NCBI RefSeq assembly: GCF_036321535.1
Contig: NC_087437.1
Location: 46,874,001-46,938,000 of the forward strand
DNA from: Camelus dromedarius
Lineage: Eukaryota
DNA: 64,000 nucleotides
Direction: 5' to 3'
In this document: piece by piece, positions 63,625 to 64,000 of the stretch
Position numbering within the stretch: the stretch's first letter is position 1
Layout: each line of letters starts with the position of its first letter
The notes under the pieces: model-generated
Told to the model about the DNA's origin: nothing
The model's database searches: none
The model's input: the letters and a program-made list of their open reading frames with translations, nothing else
Translations under genes and position numbers: made by a program

Positions 63625-63830
63625 TAATACTAGTTATTTAGCACTTGGTGTCTCCAAAGCTCTTTAAAACACTAAATAATCAATCATGTCCCAACTCCCT
63701 GTGAGATGGGAGAGAATTATCATTCTGCCTTTACAGATGGAATATTTGAAATGTAAAATAGCATATTCAAGGCCAGACAGGAACTCAGCACCATGATTAA
63801 ATAAAAACTCTGAGTTCCCAACATCCAAGC
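63625..63830 (-). mobile_element. MIR
   Basis: 'agttatttagcactt...caactccctgtgagatggg...ctttacagatggaatatttga...tcaaggccagacag'. Confidence 0.7.
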
Positions 63831-64000
63831 CTTGGCAAAGGAATTTGTCACATTGCCTTTTTATAGAGAAAGCATGGAAACCCAGGGGGGGATGCAGAAG
63901 ATAGAACTATGAATTTTAAAGCAATACGGAAATCTATTTCATTTAGGCTGAAGTTAATATGTAATCATTGCAATTCCTCCTCCTTCTGCCCATAAGTACC

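Noticed and set aside
1..64000. CRISPR arrays, operons, prokaryotic or viral systems, CpG-island promoter, intact provirus
   Set aside because: This is mammalian repeat-rich DNA with no regularly spaced repeats, no long ORFs, no CpG island and only solo LTRs without gag/pol sequence.

Overview
This is AT-rich, CpG-depleted mammalian genomic DNA, intronic or intergenic. The organism is most likely a camelid: three tRNA-Ala(AGC)-derived Vic-1-type SINE heads and a young artiodactyl-type L1 3' UTR are present, and I saw no Alu, B1, Bov-A/BovB or PRE-1 copies. I found no recognisable protein-coding gene. The ORF track is explained by chance ORFs and decayed transposon frames (L1 ORF1/ORF2, Tigger transposase). 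Roughly half the window is interspersed repeat: a near full-length Tigger2-like DNA transposon with two younger insertions, old L1M/HAL1, L2, MIR, MER5/MER58/MER82, MaLR, ERVL and ERV1 solo LTRs, an ancient CR1 remnant and microsatellites. The most unusual structure is at 5386-5815, where a SINE 5' half cut at the anticodon loop is fused to an L1 3' end inside a single 12-bp target-site duplication. Other items of interest are an intact solo LTR, an unexplained insert in a MER58, fold-back hairpins and several repeat-free, enhancer-like patches. I cannot support a claim of a new multi-gene system. Repeat family names come from recalled consensus similarity, not a database search, and boundaries of old repeats are approximate.
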